In this document: one piece after another, positions 26,503 to 37,078 of the stretch
How positions within the stretch are numbered: the stretch's first letter is position 1
Layout: every line of letters starts with the position of its first letter
Source of the DNA: Candidatus Latescibacterota bacterium
GTDB taxonomy: Bacteria > Latescibacterota > UBA2968 > GCA-2709665
Reading direction: 5' to 3'
Assembly (NCBI GenBank): GCA_963667175.2
Contig: CAXXXF010000006.1
Coordinates: 192,001-256,000, forward strand
Length of the DNA: 64,000 nucleotides
The notes under the pieces: generated by a model
Seen by the model: only the letters and a program-made list of their open reading frames with translations
Told to the model about the DNA's origin: nothing
Database searches by the model: none
Position numbers and translations under genes: made by a program

Positions 26503-29142
26503 TCAGGAATTTTTCCTGCCTACCAGTTCCTGCTTCCACCGGTCCAGAGTAGCCAGAGCCTCGATCGGTGTGGTATTGCCTACGTCCAGATTGCGTAATT
26601 CGGCGAGGACGGGATCTTCAGGGGCACGGTCGAACAGATTCATCTGTCCGTTCTCGGCGGCGGATTCACGAACCACCGATGGGGTCGTTTTTTTCCTGGC
26701 CGGCCTCAGGTCGTTTTCTTCCAGCCTGTGCAGCACGTCTCGGGCCCGCAAGACCAGTTCGTGCGGCATTCCGGCAAGCCGCGCCACCTCGATGCCGTAG
26801 CTGTGGTCACACCCGCCGGGAACCAGCCGGTGCAGAAACGTCACGTTGTCGCCTTCCTTCCTCACCGCGACGCTGTAGTTCTTTACCCTCGGCAGTAACT
26901 CCTCGAGTTCCGTCAATTCATGGTAGTGCGTTGCGAACAACGTGCGCGGTTGCAGGGCAGCGGTATTGTGTAGATATTCCGTCATTGCCCAGGCGATGCT
27001 CAGCCCGTCAAATGTACTGGTACCGCGCCCGATTTCATCCAGAAGCACCAGGCTCCTGGGGGTGGCGTTGTTCAGGATGTTGGCCGCTTCGTTCATCTCC
27101 ACAAGAAACGTGGATTCGCCCCGGGCAAGATTGTCAGACGCGCCTACCCGTGTGAAAATTCGGTCAACCACACCGACGCGCGCGGCCTTCGCGGGAACGA
27201 AACTGCCCAGTTGCGACAGCAGAACGATCAGCCCGATCTGACGCAACATCGTGGATTTCCCGGCCATATTGGGGCCGGTAATAATCAGCACCTGGTCGCG
27301 CATGCCATCCACGCAAAAGTCGTTGGGTACAAACTTGCCGGTAGGCAGCAACCCTTCAACAACCGGATGGCGACCCTCCCGAATTTCGATTCCGGCAGAA
27401 TCGTCCACCTTGGGCCGGACGTAGTCGTTGGACACGGCCACTTCTCCCAGGCTGGCCAGCACGTCTACGACGGCCACGGCTCGCGCCGTGCGCTGTACCT
27501 CGTTCACCCAGGCCTCCACCTCGCCTCTGAGTTGCTGAAACAGCGCTTTCTCCAGTTCCTTCGCGCGTTCGTCGGCCCCAAGAATCTTCGCTTCCCACTC
27601 TTTCAGCTCCGGAGTAATAAAGCGCTCCGCGTTCACCAGGGTCTGCTTGCGCAGGTAGTCTTCCGGAGCCCTGTCCATATTCGCCTTTGTGATCTCGATA
27701 TAATACCCGAACGCCTTGTTATACCCGACCTTGAGTGACGGAATACCGGTACGCTCTCTCTCATTGGCCTGAAGTTCAGCCACCCACCGGCGGCCTCCGG
27801 AGGCCGCGTCGCGAAGTTCATCCAGTTCCCGGCTGTAACCCTCCCTGATCACGCCCCCATCGCTGATCTGAAACGGCGGATCGTCAACCACCGTGCGGCC
27901 GATCAGGTCGATCAGGTCGCTCAAGTCAGGCATTCCCTGACACCGCGCCTTTACCAGCAGATCGACCGTGGCCTCCTGCAGCGCGTCTTGAAGGCCGGGT
28001 ATGGCCTGCAGCGACGCCCTGAGCGACACGAGATCCCTCGGACTGCAGCGTCCACAGCAGATCCGGGACATCATGCGCTCGAGATCTCCCACCTGCTTCA
28101 GGCCTGAACGAAGCGACTCCCGACGCGCAGCATGCGCTGCCAGGTCTTCAACGGCGTCCAGTCTCGCTTCAATCCTCGAAATATCGAGCAGCGGCCGGGA
28201 CAGCCAGGACCTCAGCGTCCGTGCGCCCATCGCGGTGCACGTGCGGTCCAGCAGGGACAGCAGAGTCCCTTCGCGCCGACCCTCCTGTATTGACGTAATC
28301 AGCTCCAGGTTCCGTTGGGTCACGAGGTCAAGACCCATGTGTGCCCCGTCAGGCTCCCGGGAGAGGCGGGTGACGTGAGAGACCGCCCCCCTCTGATTCT
28401 GTTTGAGATACCCCAACACCGCGCCCGCCGCGCCGATGCCCACCGTCATCTGGTCGCAACCGAATCCCTTCATCGAATTGACCCGGAAATGTTCCAGCAA
28501 CAGATCGTGCGCATAGGCGAATCCGAAGTGCCAGTCTTCGGCTCGCACGAGCAGCGTGCCCGGCAATCGATGCGCCATCGCGGCCTCGTTCGCTTCGGCC
28601 CACGACTCGGGCGCGAGCACTTCCGCGGGACTGATTCCCTCAAGCACATCCCACAAATCGTCCGCGTCCCGTTCGAGCGCGCGGAAATCACCGGTTGACA
28701 GATCCGTCACCGCGACGCCCAGCCGGTTCGACTCGACCCGGAGACCCGCGAGATAGTTGTTGCGTTTCTGATCCAGCAGGTTGTCCGAAAGCGCCGTGCC
28801 GGGAGAAACCACCTGGACGACGTCGCGCCGAACGACCGGCTTGCCCTTCTGCGGCGCCTCCATCTGTTCGCAGATGGCCACTTTGCGACCCGCCTTGATC
28901 AAGCGGGCAAGGTAGGTATCCAGCGCATGATGAGGCACACCGGCCATCGGCACGCTTTCGCCACCCCTGCCGTTGTTGCGAGAAGTCAGCGTCAGGCCGA
29001 GAAGGCCGGAGACCTCTTTCGCATCGTCGTAAAACGTCTCATAGAAGTCACCCATTCTGAACAGCAGTACGGCATCTCTGTATTCGTCCTTGAAACGCAG
29101 GTACTGTTCCATTGCCGGGGTGACGTCTCGTGGGCGTGCCAT
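26503..29142 (-). CDS. mutS: DNA mismatch repair protein MutS
   Basis: FRMGDFYE, TGPNMAGKST, DEIGRGTST, ATHYHEL. Confidence 0.98.
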   Translation of the reverse strand: MARPRDVTPAMEQYLRFKDEYRDAVLLFRMGDFYETFYDDAKEVSGLLGLTLTSRNNGRGGESVPMAGVPHHALDTYLARLIKAGRKVAICEQMEAPQKGKPVVRRDVVQVVSPGTALSDNLLDQKRNNYLAGLRVESNRLGVAVTDLSTGDFRALERDADDLWDVLEGISPAEVLAPESWAEANEAAMAHRLPGTLLVRAEDWHFGFAYAHDLLLEHFRVNSMKGFGCDQMTVGIGAAGAVLGYLKQNQRGAVSHVTRLSREPDGAHMGLDLVTQRNLELITSIQEGRREGTLLSLLDRTCTAMGARTLRSWLSRPLLDISRIEARLDAVEDLAAHAARRESLRSGLKQVGDLERMMSRICCGRCSPRDLVSLRASLQAIPGLQDALQEATVDLLVKARCQGMPDLSDLIDLIGRTVVDDPPFQISDGGVIREGYSRELDELRDAASGGRRWVAELQANERERTGIPSLKVGYNKAFGYYIEITKANMDRAPEDYLRKQTLVNAERFITPELKEWEAKILGADERAKELEKALFQQLRGEVEAWVNEVQRTARAVAVVDVLASLGEVAVSNDYVRPKVDDSAGIEIREGRHPVVEGLLPTGKFVPNDFCVDGMRDQVLIITGPNMAGKSTMLRQIGLIVLLSQLGSFVPAKAARVGVVDRIFTRVGASDNLARGESTFLVEMNEAANILNNATPRSLVLLDEIGRGTSTFDGLSIAWAMTEYLHNTAALQPRTLFATHYHELTELEELLPRVKNYSVAVRKEGDNVTFLHRLVPGGCDHSYGIEVARLAGMPHELVLRARDVLHRLEENDLRPARKKTTPSVVRESAAENGQMNLFDRAPEDPVLAELRNLDVGNTTPIEALATLDRWKQELVGRKNS

Positions 29143-29154
29143 AAAGACGCTTCC

Positions 29155-30516
29155 TTAAGCCTGGGCTTCGTGCCGCCGGTCTTCCAGGCTGACATCCGCC
29201 AGACGGCCGATAACGCGGTCCGGACGCACGTCGGTCAGCCGCACGGGCGCGATGGAATTCTTCGCGCCATCGGGCCCCGGAGCGAATACACGGATGTAAT
29301 TGTCGGTAACGCCCTGCAGATACCCTGTGCCCGGCTCGCGCCTGTCTTCGAAGAGCACGTGCAGCGTCCGCCCCGAAAAACGACGGCAGAAGGCTTCTGT
29401 CTTCCGTGCGCCCAGCGTCCTGAGCAGCGCGCCCCGGCGCTTCTTCACGGCAGCGTCCACCTCGCCACTCATTCGCGCGGCAGAGGTGCCGCTGCGCGGC
29501 GAAAAGGGAAACACGTGCAGGAACGCCAGGGGGCCCTTGTCGATCAGGTCGAACGTGTTGGAGAACGCCTCATCGGTCTCGCCCGGAAATCCGACCATCA
29601 CGTCCGCACCGATGCCAATATCCGGCACGCTCTCCGCAAGTGTCTCGATCAACGAGAGATAACGCGACCGCGTATAGGGCCTGCGCATCGATCTCAGAAT
29701 CCGGTCGTCTCCACTCTGGAGCGGAATATGCAGGTGTCTGCAGAACCTGGACGAGGCTGAAAAGAAATCGACCATCGATTCGGTAATGTACGACGCTTCG
29801 ATCGAGCTCACCCTGAACCGCTGGAGTCCCTCGATCTGGTCGATGGCTTCAAACAGATCCAACAGTGAGGGACCGTCCAGGTCCGCGCCGTAGTCGCCAA
29901 TGTGTACGCCTGCGAGTACGACCTCCAGGTAACCGGCATCAACCAGCCGTTGCACCTGATCGAGGCAGCTCTGCAGACTGCGGCTTCGGCTACGGCCCCT
30001 GGCAAACGGTATAATGCAGAACGAGCAGAATTCGTTGCAGCCTTCCTGCACCTTCACGAACGCGCGCGCCCTGCCGCCGAAATTGAATATATCCATTTCC
30101 TGGAACTCGGCGGTTCGGCGCCGCGTCACGTAGCTTCGTCCGATGGAGCACGTATCGTTGATCAGGTCCAGCAGACGTGTCTTTTCCGCAGTACCCACGA
30201 CGAGATCGACTTCCGGCATTTCGATAAGCGCGTCGGGATCGGTCTGCGCATAACACCCCATGGCCACGACCGTCCCTTCGGGCGAGATGCGATGCGCCCG
30301 GCGCAGCATCTGCCTGGACTGCGCAGAGCCCGGACCGGTCACCGCGCATGTATTCACCACCGTCACGTCCGCCGAACGCCCAAACGCCACCTCTCGGTAC
30401 CCTGCGTGATTGAACTGCTCACGGTACCATTCCGTATCGTAGGCATTCAACTTGCAGCCCAGGGTATAAAACGATACGGTCTTTTCGCTTGCGTTCATCT
30501 CACCCGTTCCTCGCAT
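29155..30516 (-). CDS. mtaB: tRNA t6A methylthiotransferase
   Basis: TLGCKLN, NTCAVT, VKVQEGCNEFCSFC, HVFPFSPRSGT; start may be 30498. Confidence 0.88.
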   Translation of the reverse strand: MRGTGEMNASEKTVSFYTLGCKLNAYDTEWYREQFNHAGYREVAFGRSADVTVVNTCAVTGPGSAQSRQMLRRAHRISPEGTVVAMGCYAQTDPDALIEMPEVDLVVGTAEKTRLLDLINDTCSIGRSYVTRRRTAEFQEMDIFNFGGRARAFVKVQEGCNEFCSFCIIPFARGRSRSRSLQSCLDQVQRLVDAGYLEVVLAGVHIGDYGADLDGPSLLDLFEAIDQIEGLQRFRVSSIEASYITESMVDFFSASSRFCRHLHIPLQSGDDRILRSMRRPYTRSRYLSLIETLAESVPDIGIGADVMVGFPGETDEAFSNTFDLIDKGPLAFLHVFPFSPRSGTSAARMSGEVDAAVKKRRGALLRTLGARKTEAFCRRFSGRTLHVLFEDRREPGTGYLQGVTDNYIRVFAPGPDGAKNSIAPVRLTDVRPDRVIGRLADVSLEDRRHEAQA

Positions 30517-30661
30517 TCGCCGCGCGGCTTCGGCCGGCCTGTCGCGACGCGCTCACCGGCCGTGTACGGCGAACGCCGGAGTACCGTTCTCGTCCATACA
30601 ACAAAGAGTTGAGGACAACTCCCCAACTCTCTGTCTGCGGCGTACAGGCTGTCCCGGAATC

Positions 30662-32596
30662 CTAACCTTCCGAATTCGACCCGGCCTCCGTCTTGTCCGT
30701 CGTATCGGAAGCCTTCGCGGCCGGCGGGTCGCCTTCGCCGGAATCCTCATTGGCAGACCCGACTTCCGCCCCATCGGCGGTTGCTTCCGCAGCCGCTTCG
30801 GCGGGGGCCTCAGCGGCGGCTTCGGGTTTCGCAACCGGAGCGGCGTCTTTGGAATCATCGGCGGCGCCTACCACGTCACCCACCGTGACCGGCTTTGGCT
30901 GGTGGCTTTCTATATATGCGTCGATCTCCGCCTGTTCGGCGTCGCGCAGGTATTCCTTCACGCTAAGCACGATCTTGCGCTGCTCTTCATCGAATTCAAC
31001 CACCTTGAGCGGCAGTTCGTCCTGTTCTGAAAAGTGGGTCTGGGGCGTCTGCAGATCCGACAACCCCAACTGCGAAGCCGGGATGAAGCCCTCGACGTCG
31101 CCGTCCAGGTCGACCACTACCCCGCGTTCCAGCAACCGGGATATCCGACCTGCTGTCGTTTTGCCTACCGCGTATCGAACGGCCAGTTCAGACCAGGGAT
31201 TATCGATGGTCTGCTTGTGACCCAGTGAAATGCGTCGACGCTTTTTATCTATATTGAGCACCACCACGTCGACGTGCTCTCCTTTCTTGACGACGTCGCT
31301 GGGATGCCGTACCCGCCGTGTCCACGACATATCCGAAATATGGACCAGGCCGTCGATGCCCTCTTCGATCTCGACAAACGCGCCGAAATTGACCAGGTTG
31401 CGCACCAGGCCCGTAAGGCGTGTTCCCACGGGGTATTTTTCGTCCAGCGAAAGCCAGGGGTCGTCGGTTGTCTGCTTCAGGCCGAGCGAAATCTTCTGGC
31501 CCTCTTTGTCCACGTTCAGAATGACAACCTTCACCTGATCGCCAATTGAAACGAGCTTGGACGGATGCCGGATATGCTGCGTCCAGGACATCTCCGAAAT
31601 GTGGACCAGCCCCTCCACGCCCTGCTCCAATTCAACAAACGCGCCGTAGTCCGTGATGCTCACCACTTTGCCGTCCACCCGGTCCCCCACGGGATACTTT
31701 TCCTCGATATTTTCCCAGGGATGAGGGGTAAGTTGCTTCATTCCCAGAGAGATCCGTTCGCGCTCCTCGTCGTAATTGAGCACTTTCACCCGTACATTGT
31801 CGCCGATGGACAAGACCTCCGACGGGTGTCCGATCCGGCCCCAGGAAATGTCCGTAATGTGCAGGAGACCGTCCAGACCACCCAGGTCGATAAACGCGCC
31901 GAAATCCGTAATGTTCTTAACCGCGCCGTCACGCACCTGGCCGACTTCCAGTGTCTGGAGAATCTGTTTGCGCAAGCGCTCCCGTTCGGCTTCCAGCACG
32001 ACCCGCCTCGAAACGACGATATTTCGCCGGTTCTTGTTGAGTTTGATGATTCGAAAGGGGAAAACCTCTCCGATAAATTGATCGAAATTCTTCACCTGTT
32101 TGATATCGATCTGAGATCCGGGCAGAAAGGCGTCCACTCCGAACAGATCCACAACGATGCCGCCCTTTATGCGCCGCACCAGCCGGCCCTCGACGATCTG
32201 ATCGCTGTCGTACGCGTCCTTTATGCGGTCCCACACCCGCATAAAGTCAGCCTTCTGTTTGGACAGCACAATCTGACCTTCCTGGTCTTCCACGTCTTCG
32301 AGATACACCTCGATTTCCTGCCCAACCTCCACTTCCGACGGGTCGGCAAACTCGGAAAGCGGTATGGCGCCTTCGGACTTGAATCCGATATCGACAACGA
32401 CGGAACTCTCCGCTACAGCCAGGACGGTTCCGGCGACGATTTCGCCCTCGGTAATATTGCTCATCGTGTCTTCATACAGACTCATCATCGAGGCGAATTC
32501 CTCTTCCGAGTATTCGCGCTCGTCCAACGCCTCCAGTGCTTCCTCGGTCGAGGGCTGGGAAGCGGTCTGGGTTGTGGTGTTGTTTTCTTCCGACAT
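30662..32596 (-). CDS. rpsA: 30S ribosomal protein S1
   Basis: Repeated S1 domains (VKNITDFGAFIDLGG.DGLLHITD). Confidence 0.97.
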   Translation of the reverse strand: MSEENNTTTQTASQPSTEEALEALDEREYSEEEFASMMSLYEDTMSNITEGEIVAGTVLAVAESSVVVDIGFKSEGAIPLSEFADPSEVEVGQEIEVYLEDVEDQEGQIVLSKQKADFMRVWDRIKDAYDSDQIVEGRLVRRIKGGIVVDLFGVDAFLPGSQIDIKQVKNFDQFIGEVFPFRIIKLNKNRRNIVVSRRVVLEAERERLRKQILQTLEVGQVRDGAVKNITDFGAFIDLGGLDGLLHITDISWGRIGHPSEVLSIGDNVRVKVLNYDEERERISLGMKQLTPHPWENIEEKYPVGDRVDGKVVSITDYGAFVELEQGVEGLVHISEMSWTQHIRHPSKLVSIGDQVKVVILNVDKEGQKISLGLKQTTDDPWLSLDEKYPVGTRLTGLVRNLVNFGAFVEIEEGIDGLVHISDMSWTRRVRHPSDVVKKGEHVDVVVLNIDKKRRRISLGHKQTIDNPWSELAVRYAVGKTTAGRISRLLERGVVVDLDGDVEGFIPASQLGLSDLQTPQTHFSEQDELPLKVVEFDEEQRKIVLSVKEYLRDAEQAEIDAYIESHQPKPVTVGDVVGAADDSKDAAPVAKPEAAAEAPAEAAAEATADGAEVGSANEDSGEGDPPAAKASDTTDKTEAGSNSEG

Positions 32597-32710
32597 GATA
32601 CAGCGACCTCCTTGGCCGATTCGCAACAGACTGGCGCCCCGGATTTGCAGTTCGGCGAGAGAATACGGGAAAAGGCGGAGACCCGGGCTCCGCAGGGACG
32701 TTACCGGCGT

Positions 32711-33385
32711 TCAAGCATGGCTTCCGTCGCGGGCGGGTCCGATATTCCGCCTGCGCGGCCTCAGGTTACCGATACTGAGCATCACCTCGCTGCTGATGGC
32801 GTGGTAGGCGGCCCGCCGCCTGGCGGGCAATCCGGAAGGAGTCGCCTGTATCGGCTTACCGAACCGCACTGTCACGTGGTTCAGACCGACCAGACTCGCC
32901 CAGATGTTGACCGTACCGGAAACAAAGACGGGAACCACGGGAACCCGCGCACGGTAAGCCAACATGCCGACGCCGTCTTTGGGCGGCCTCAGCGTAGACG
33001 TCTTGTTGCGCGTGCCTTCCGGCGAAAGAAACATCGCGCCACCGGCTTTCAGGCGCCCCTCGATACTCCGCAACGCGCCGCGGTCTCCACGAGACCGGTC
33101 GATTGGCAGCGCGTTCAGCTTCCGAATCAGCCAGCCGAGAATCGGAACGGGAAATGCTTCCTGCTTGGTAACATACGAAAGTTCCCGGCACGCCGCAACC
33201 CCGATAAATACGGGATCTGCGAAGGAGGCGTGGTTGCTGGCCAGGATGACGCCGCCACTGCGCGGCACGAAGTGACATCCGGCGACGCGCAACCGGAACA
33301 GGCAACTGCATGCTCCGACGCCCAACGCCCAGATGAATCGGTAAAAGAGATTGTCCCGACGGCCGGTGTAGATGTCTGTCCGCAT
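32711..33385 (-). CDS. plsC: 1-acyl-sn-glycerol-3-phosphate acyltransferase
   Basis: SNHASFAD, PEGTR. Confidence 0.88.
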   Translation of the reverse strand: MRTDIYTGRRDNLFYRFIWALGVGACSCLFRLRVAGCHFVPRSGGVILASNHASFADPVFIGVAACRELSYVTKQEAFPVPILGWLIRKLNALPIDRSRGDRGALRSIEGRLKAGGAMFLSPEGTRNKTSTLRPPKDGVGMLAYRARVPVVPVFVSGTVNIWASLVGLNHVTVRFGKPIQATPSGLPARRRAAYHAISSEVMLSIGNLRPRRRNIGPARDGSHA

Positions 33386-33407
33386 TGTGGACCCGTGGAT
33401 CTGTTTT

Positions 33408-34088
33408 CTATATTCCGCGCTCGAGGGCAAGTTCCACCACACGGGTTGTCTGCGCTTCGACGCTCATGCCGGTGGTATCCACCTTGATTGCATCCGTCGC
33501 CGGCCAGGGTCCCGTTCGCCTTTGGGTGGCCCTGTCGCGCGCGTCTCGTTCGCGGATCTGTCCCTTCAATTCGTCCAGGTCCATTGCGACGCCGCCATCG
33601 AGCAACTCACGTTGTCGGCGCCGCGCCCGCTCGGCGACGTCTGCCACCAGAAATATCTTCAGCTCGGCTTCCGGAAAAACTGCAGTGCCCGTATCCCGGC
33701 CCTCCAGTACGATGCCGCCCCCGAGCCCTAACTCCTGCTGGCGAGAAACGAGTATCTTCCGGACTTCCGAGTGCACGGCCACCCGGGAGGCGGCATCGGA
33801 AACATCCGCCGAACGGATCTCTCCGGTCACATCCTCGCCGTTGATCAGAACCCGCTGGCCACCGTCCTCCAGGCGAAAATCAAAATCCACCGCGGCCGCG
33901 GTCCCGGCGGCCGCGGCTGCATCGTCAGGGCTGAGGCCGGTACGAATCAGAGCCCAACCCAGAGCGCGGTACATGGCGCCGGTATCCAGATAGAGATATC
34001 CGAGCCTGTTGGCGACGCAACGAGCCGTGGTGCTCTTGCCCGACCCCGCGGGACCGTCGATGGCGATCACGATACCCCTGTTGCCCAT
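33408..34088 (-). CDS. cmk: Cytidylate kinase
   Basis: IAIDGPAGSGKST, LDTGAMYR, EGRD.GT.VFP. Confidence 0.95.
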   Translation of the reverse strand: MGNRGIVIAIDGPAGSGKSTTARCVANRLGYLYLDTGAMYRALGWALIRTGLSPDDAAAAAGTAAAVDFDFRLEDGGQRVLINGEDVTGEIRSADVSDAASRVAVHSEVRKILVSRQQELGLGGGIVLEGRDTGTAVFPEAELKIFLVADVAERARRRQRELLDGGVAMDLDELKGQIRERDARDRATQRRTGPWPATDAIKVDTTGMSVEAQTTRVVELALERGI

Positions 34089-34110
34089 AGCAACCCTTCA
34101 CCCCCGATCG

Positions 34111-34860
34111 CTACGGATTCGGGGCCCCTCCACCCGCGTCGACGCCGCGCGCATCCGTTACCCCGCCATCCCCGCCGGGGTCCGACAACGTCCCCGTCGC
34201 GTCACCCGAACCTTCATCCGGATTCCCCGCTTCGTCCACGGGCCGGCCCGTCGCCTGAAGGAACCCACCCGGCGATGACACCGCCGTTGCCCTCTCATCC
34301 AGCAATTCATCCAACTCCCGGACCTTTGGCAAATCCGACAGCGTCTTCAATCCGAAATGTTTTAAAAAGTCCCGTGTCGTCCCGTAAAGCAGCGGACGTC
34401 CGGGGGCATCCGAGCGACCGGCAATGCGGATCAATCCCTTCTCGAGCAGGTGCCGCACCACCCCGTCCACCGACACCCCCCGAATGTGTTCCACCTCGGC
34501 CTTCATGACCGGTTGTTTGAATACGACAATGGCGAGCGTCTCCAGGGCTGCCGACGAAAGCCGGACCGGCGCTCTGTCCTTTAGCAGACCCCGGATCCAG
34601 ACGCCGTATTCCGAATGTACCGTGAACAGGAATCCACCGGCGATTTCGGCGATTCTGAAACTGCGACCGGTCCGGCCGTACTGTTCGTTCAATTCCTCAA
34701 CGTACGCGCGCACGTCCCCGGGCCGCGCCCCGTCAAGCAACGAAGCGATCTGCCTGGCGCCGAGCGGTCTGTCAGACGCCATCAACAGGGCCTCCACAAC
34801 GCCCTGATTCCGTGCCTCTTCGTCCGAGGCGACCGGATCTATGCCGTACGACTCGCCCAT
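34111..34860 (-). CDS. scpB: SMC-Scp complex subunit ScpB
   Basis: LS.AALETLAI, IRGV, PGRPLLYGTT..FL..FGL. Confidence 0.95.
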   Translation of the reverse strand: MGESYGIDPVASDEEARNQGVVEALLMASDRPLGARQIASLLDGARPGDVRAYVEELNEQYGRTGRSFRIAEIAGGFLFTVHSEYGVWIRGLLKDRAPVRLSSAALETLAIVVFKQPVMKAEVEHIRGVSVDGVVRHLLEKGLIRIAGRSDAPGRPLLYGTTRDFLKHFGLKTLSDLPKVRELDELLDERATAVSSPGGFLQATGRPVDEAGNPDEGSGDATGTLSDPGGDGGVTDARGVDAGGGAPNP

Positions 34861-34939
34861 TCAATCTCGATTCGATCGAATTACGGACCGACTGAATCCG
34901 CCCGGTTTCCGATCCGCGCCGCCAATGATCGATACACGA

Positions 34940-35803
34940 TCAACGATCGGACGCCGGTTCTGAACCTGGCTCCGTTTCGTCTTCATCCCGCCCGTAAACC
35001 CAGATTTCACCGTCGGAACCGCTTTGCCTGGCAAGCGCCCTCCCGGTCTTGATCATCTCGAGCAGGGCGATGAACGTGACGATGAGAACAATTCGCGGAA
35101 GACCGGCAACCAGATCCGAGAACGGTACCCGATGCCTCTTTTGCAGTATGTTCCCGACGACCTCCATCCGTTCCTCGGTCGTGACTTCCAGTTGATGCAC
35201 CTCGTGGAAATCCGCTTTCGGCGCGGCGATGAGCGCCGTTCGAAACGCCGACATCAGATCGAACAGACTCACCGAACCACAGGCGCCGAACGGATCATGC
35301 TCGGGCTCGTCGATTTCTCGGGTGTCCAGCGCGGCCCCTCGATAAAAGCTGTCCCGATGTAAATCCTGTCTGTCTTCGAGCCAGTTGGCCACTTCCTTGA
35401 ACTGCTGGTATTCCAGCAGGCGCCGCACCAGCTCTTCCCTCGGGTCCTCTTCCTCCTCATCCACGTCGGGGTCCGCCGGCAGCAACATACGTGACTTGAT
35501 CTTCATCAACGTGGCCGCCATAACCAGGAAATCACCGGCAGGCTCCAGATTGAGCGTCTGCATCATCTCCACAAACTCCAGAAACTGCCGTGTGACGTCG
35601 GCGATGGGAATGTCGTAGACGTCCACCTCATCCTTGCGTATCAGAAACAGAAGCAGATCCAGCGGCCCCTCGAAGACGTCCAGCTTCACGCCGTAGGCAT
35701 CCTCGCCGGCATTCACCTGTACTGCCGCAGATTCGGCATTCATTTCAGCAAACCTCTTCGGCATCTCGACGGATCCAGAGCCCGGGCGCATAACGAAGAT
35801 CAT
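34940..35803 (-). CDS. scpA: Segregation/condensation protein A
   Basis: FEGPLDLLL.LI, FLVMAATL..IKSRMLLP; start probably about 35743. Confidence 0.95.
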   Translation of the reverse strand: MIFVMRPGSGSVEMPKRFAEMNAESAAVQVNAGEDAYGVKLDVFEGPLDLLLFLIRKDEVDVYDIPIADVTRQFLEFVEMMQTLNLEPAGDFLVMAATLMKIKSRMLLPADPDVDEEEEDPREELVRRLLEYQQFKEVANWLEDRQDLHRDSFYRGAALDTREIDEPEHDPFGACGSVSLFDLMSAFRTALIAAPKADFHEVHQLEVTTEERMEVVGNILQKRHRVPFSDLVAGLPRIVLIVTFIALLEMIKTGRALARQSGSDGEIWVYGRDEDETEPGSEPASDR

Positions 35804-35843
35804 CCCCCGTGTGCTCCGGCTTCCGGGGGCAGGATACCATGTA

Positions 35844-36353
35844 TCAATCCATAAAGAGATACGGCCGCCAGCGCCGGTCGGGCACGCCTATCAACTGACT
35901 GATGGACGTAACCGTACTCGGCCGGCGAGGTCGGCGCAGAAGATTGATTCCTGCCTGTTCCGGCGTCTGATTGCCCTTGAGATTATTGCAGTGCAGACAG
36001 GCGCAAACCAGATTCTCCCACGTGTCACGTCCGTTTCCTGTTCGAGGAACCACGTGGTCGACTGTCATCGGACCCTTTCGGGTACCGCAGTACTGGCACC
36101 GGTGCCCGTCCCGCTTCAAGACGTTTTTCTTGGACAATGCAAGTTGCTTGGGAGCAACGCGGACGTAGAGTCCGAGTCGCACGACGCTGGGCACAGGAAA
36201 CCGTTCGGAAACCGTCCGGACATACAGATCCAGCGCCTCGATGACCTCTGCCCGCCCGCGAAACACGAGAACGATAGCCCGCCGTACGCTGCACACCTGG
36301 ATGGGTTCGTAACTCTGGTTCAAGACCAGAACCGGCCGGTTTAGCAAAGGCAC
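35844..36353 (-). CDS. HNH endonuclease
   Basis: VLVLNQSYEP, RD.HRCQYCG, TVDHVVPR, WENLVCAC..CN. Confidence 0.92.
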   Translation of the reverse strand: MPLLNRPVLVLNQSYEPIQVCSVRRAIVLVFRGRAEVIEALDLYVRTVSERFPVPSVVRLGLYVRVAPKQLALSKKNVLKRDGHRCQYCGTRKGPMTVDHVVPRTGNGRDTWENLVCACLHCNNLKGNQTPEQAGINLLRRPRRPSTVTSISQLIGVPDRRWRPYLFMD

Positions 36354-36489
36354 ACACCCCCTCTGTCTACAGCCCGGGGCAAGGAAGATCGAACGCCGCT
36401 GAAGTGGTCGTACCGCATTGCGGTTGACCCGGCCCGCATGGTGTCGTCAGCAGACCGGACATGCGTTGTTGATTCCTCTTAACAGATGA

Positions 36490-36518
36490 ACAATAAAGCC
36501 TTTACGCGACGATGTCAA
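36490..36518 (-). promoter_or_regulatory. sigma70 promoter for HNH-scpAB-cmk-plsC-rpsA
   Basis: TTGACA-17 nt-TATTGT. Confidence 0.5.
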
Positions 36519-36597
36519 GCGGGCGCCGCTCACGGGACCGGCACCGGGCGGCCGGGGCGATTCGACGGCCGAGTGGTGAGGTGTCTTCGCGACAGGG

Positions 36598-36984
36598 CTA
36601 GTACTCGTCGATAAGCTCGCCATAGGCCTGTGGGCTAAGAAGCGTTTCAAGTTCGTCGTCTCGGGTCATCCGAACCACGATCATCCAGCCCTCGCCATAT
36701 GGATCCGAGTTGATCGGAACCGCGTCTTCGCCGAGTTCCTCGTGGACCTCAAGCACGACGCCGGTCACGGGCGCGTACAGGTCCTCCACGGTCTTCACCG
36801 CCTCGATCGTCCCAAAGGGCTCGCCCTGCTCGATCTCATCACCGGCTTCCGGCAATTCGGCAAAGACAATATCTCCCAATTCACCCTGCGCATAGTCAGT
36901 AATGCCTATCGTGCCCCGTTCACCCTCGATACGAATCCATTCGTGCTCTTGCGTGTACAGGAGGCCTTCCGGAATCTCCGACAT
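36598..36984 (-). CDS. gcvH: Glycine cleavage system H protein
   Basis: HEW, GITDYAQ..LGD, EAVK lipoyl site, PYGEGW. Confidence 0.96.
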   Translation of the reverse strand: MSEIPEGLLYTQEHEWIRIEGERGTIGITDYAQGELGDIVFAELPEAGDEIEQGEPFGTIEAVKTVEDLYAPVTGVVLEVHEELGEDAVPINSDPYGEGWMIVVRMTRDDELETLLSPQAYGELIDEY

Positions 36985-37078
36985 AATTGATGACTCCCGA
37001 AAGAAGGTGTGGAATCCCGGTCGGGTCGCAAGCCGACCGGTCAGCCATTATCGTATGGAAACGGGCGTCGGCCGAGGC

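Noticed and set aside
31565-33487. 640-aa plus-strand ORF and similar long antisense ORFs (e.g. 54645-56279, N-terminal extension 50658-51254)
   Set aside because: Antisense to well-supported genes; expected in high-GC DNA
35844-36353. HNH nuclease as a defence or mobile gene
   Set aside because: Common stand-alone family, host-like composition, embedded in a housekeeping operon
36368-36463. Possible 31-aa leader ORF upstream of the HNH gene
   Set aside because: No recognisable features; cannot be supported from sequence alone
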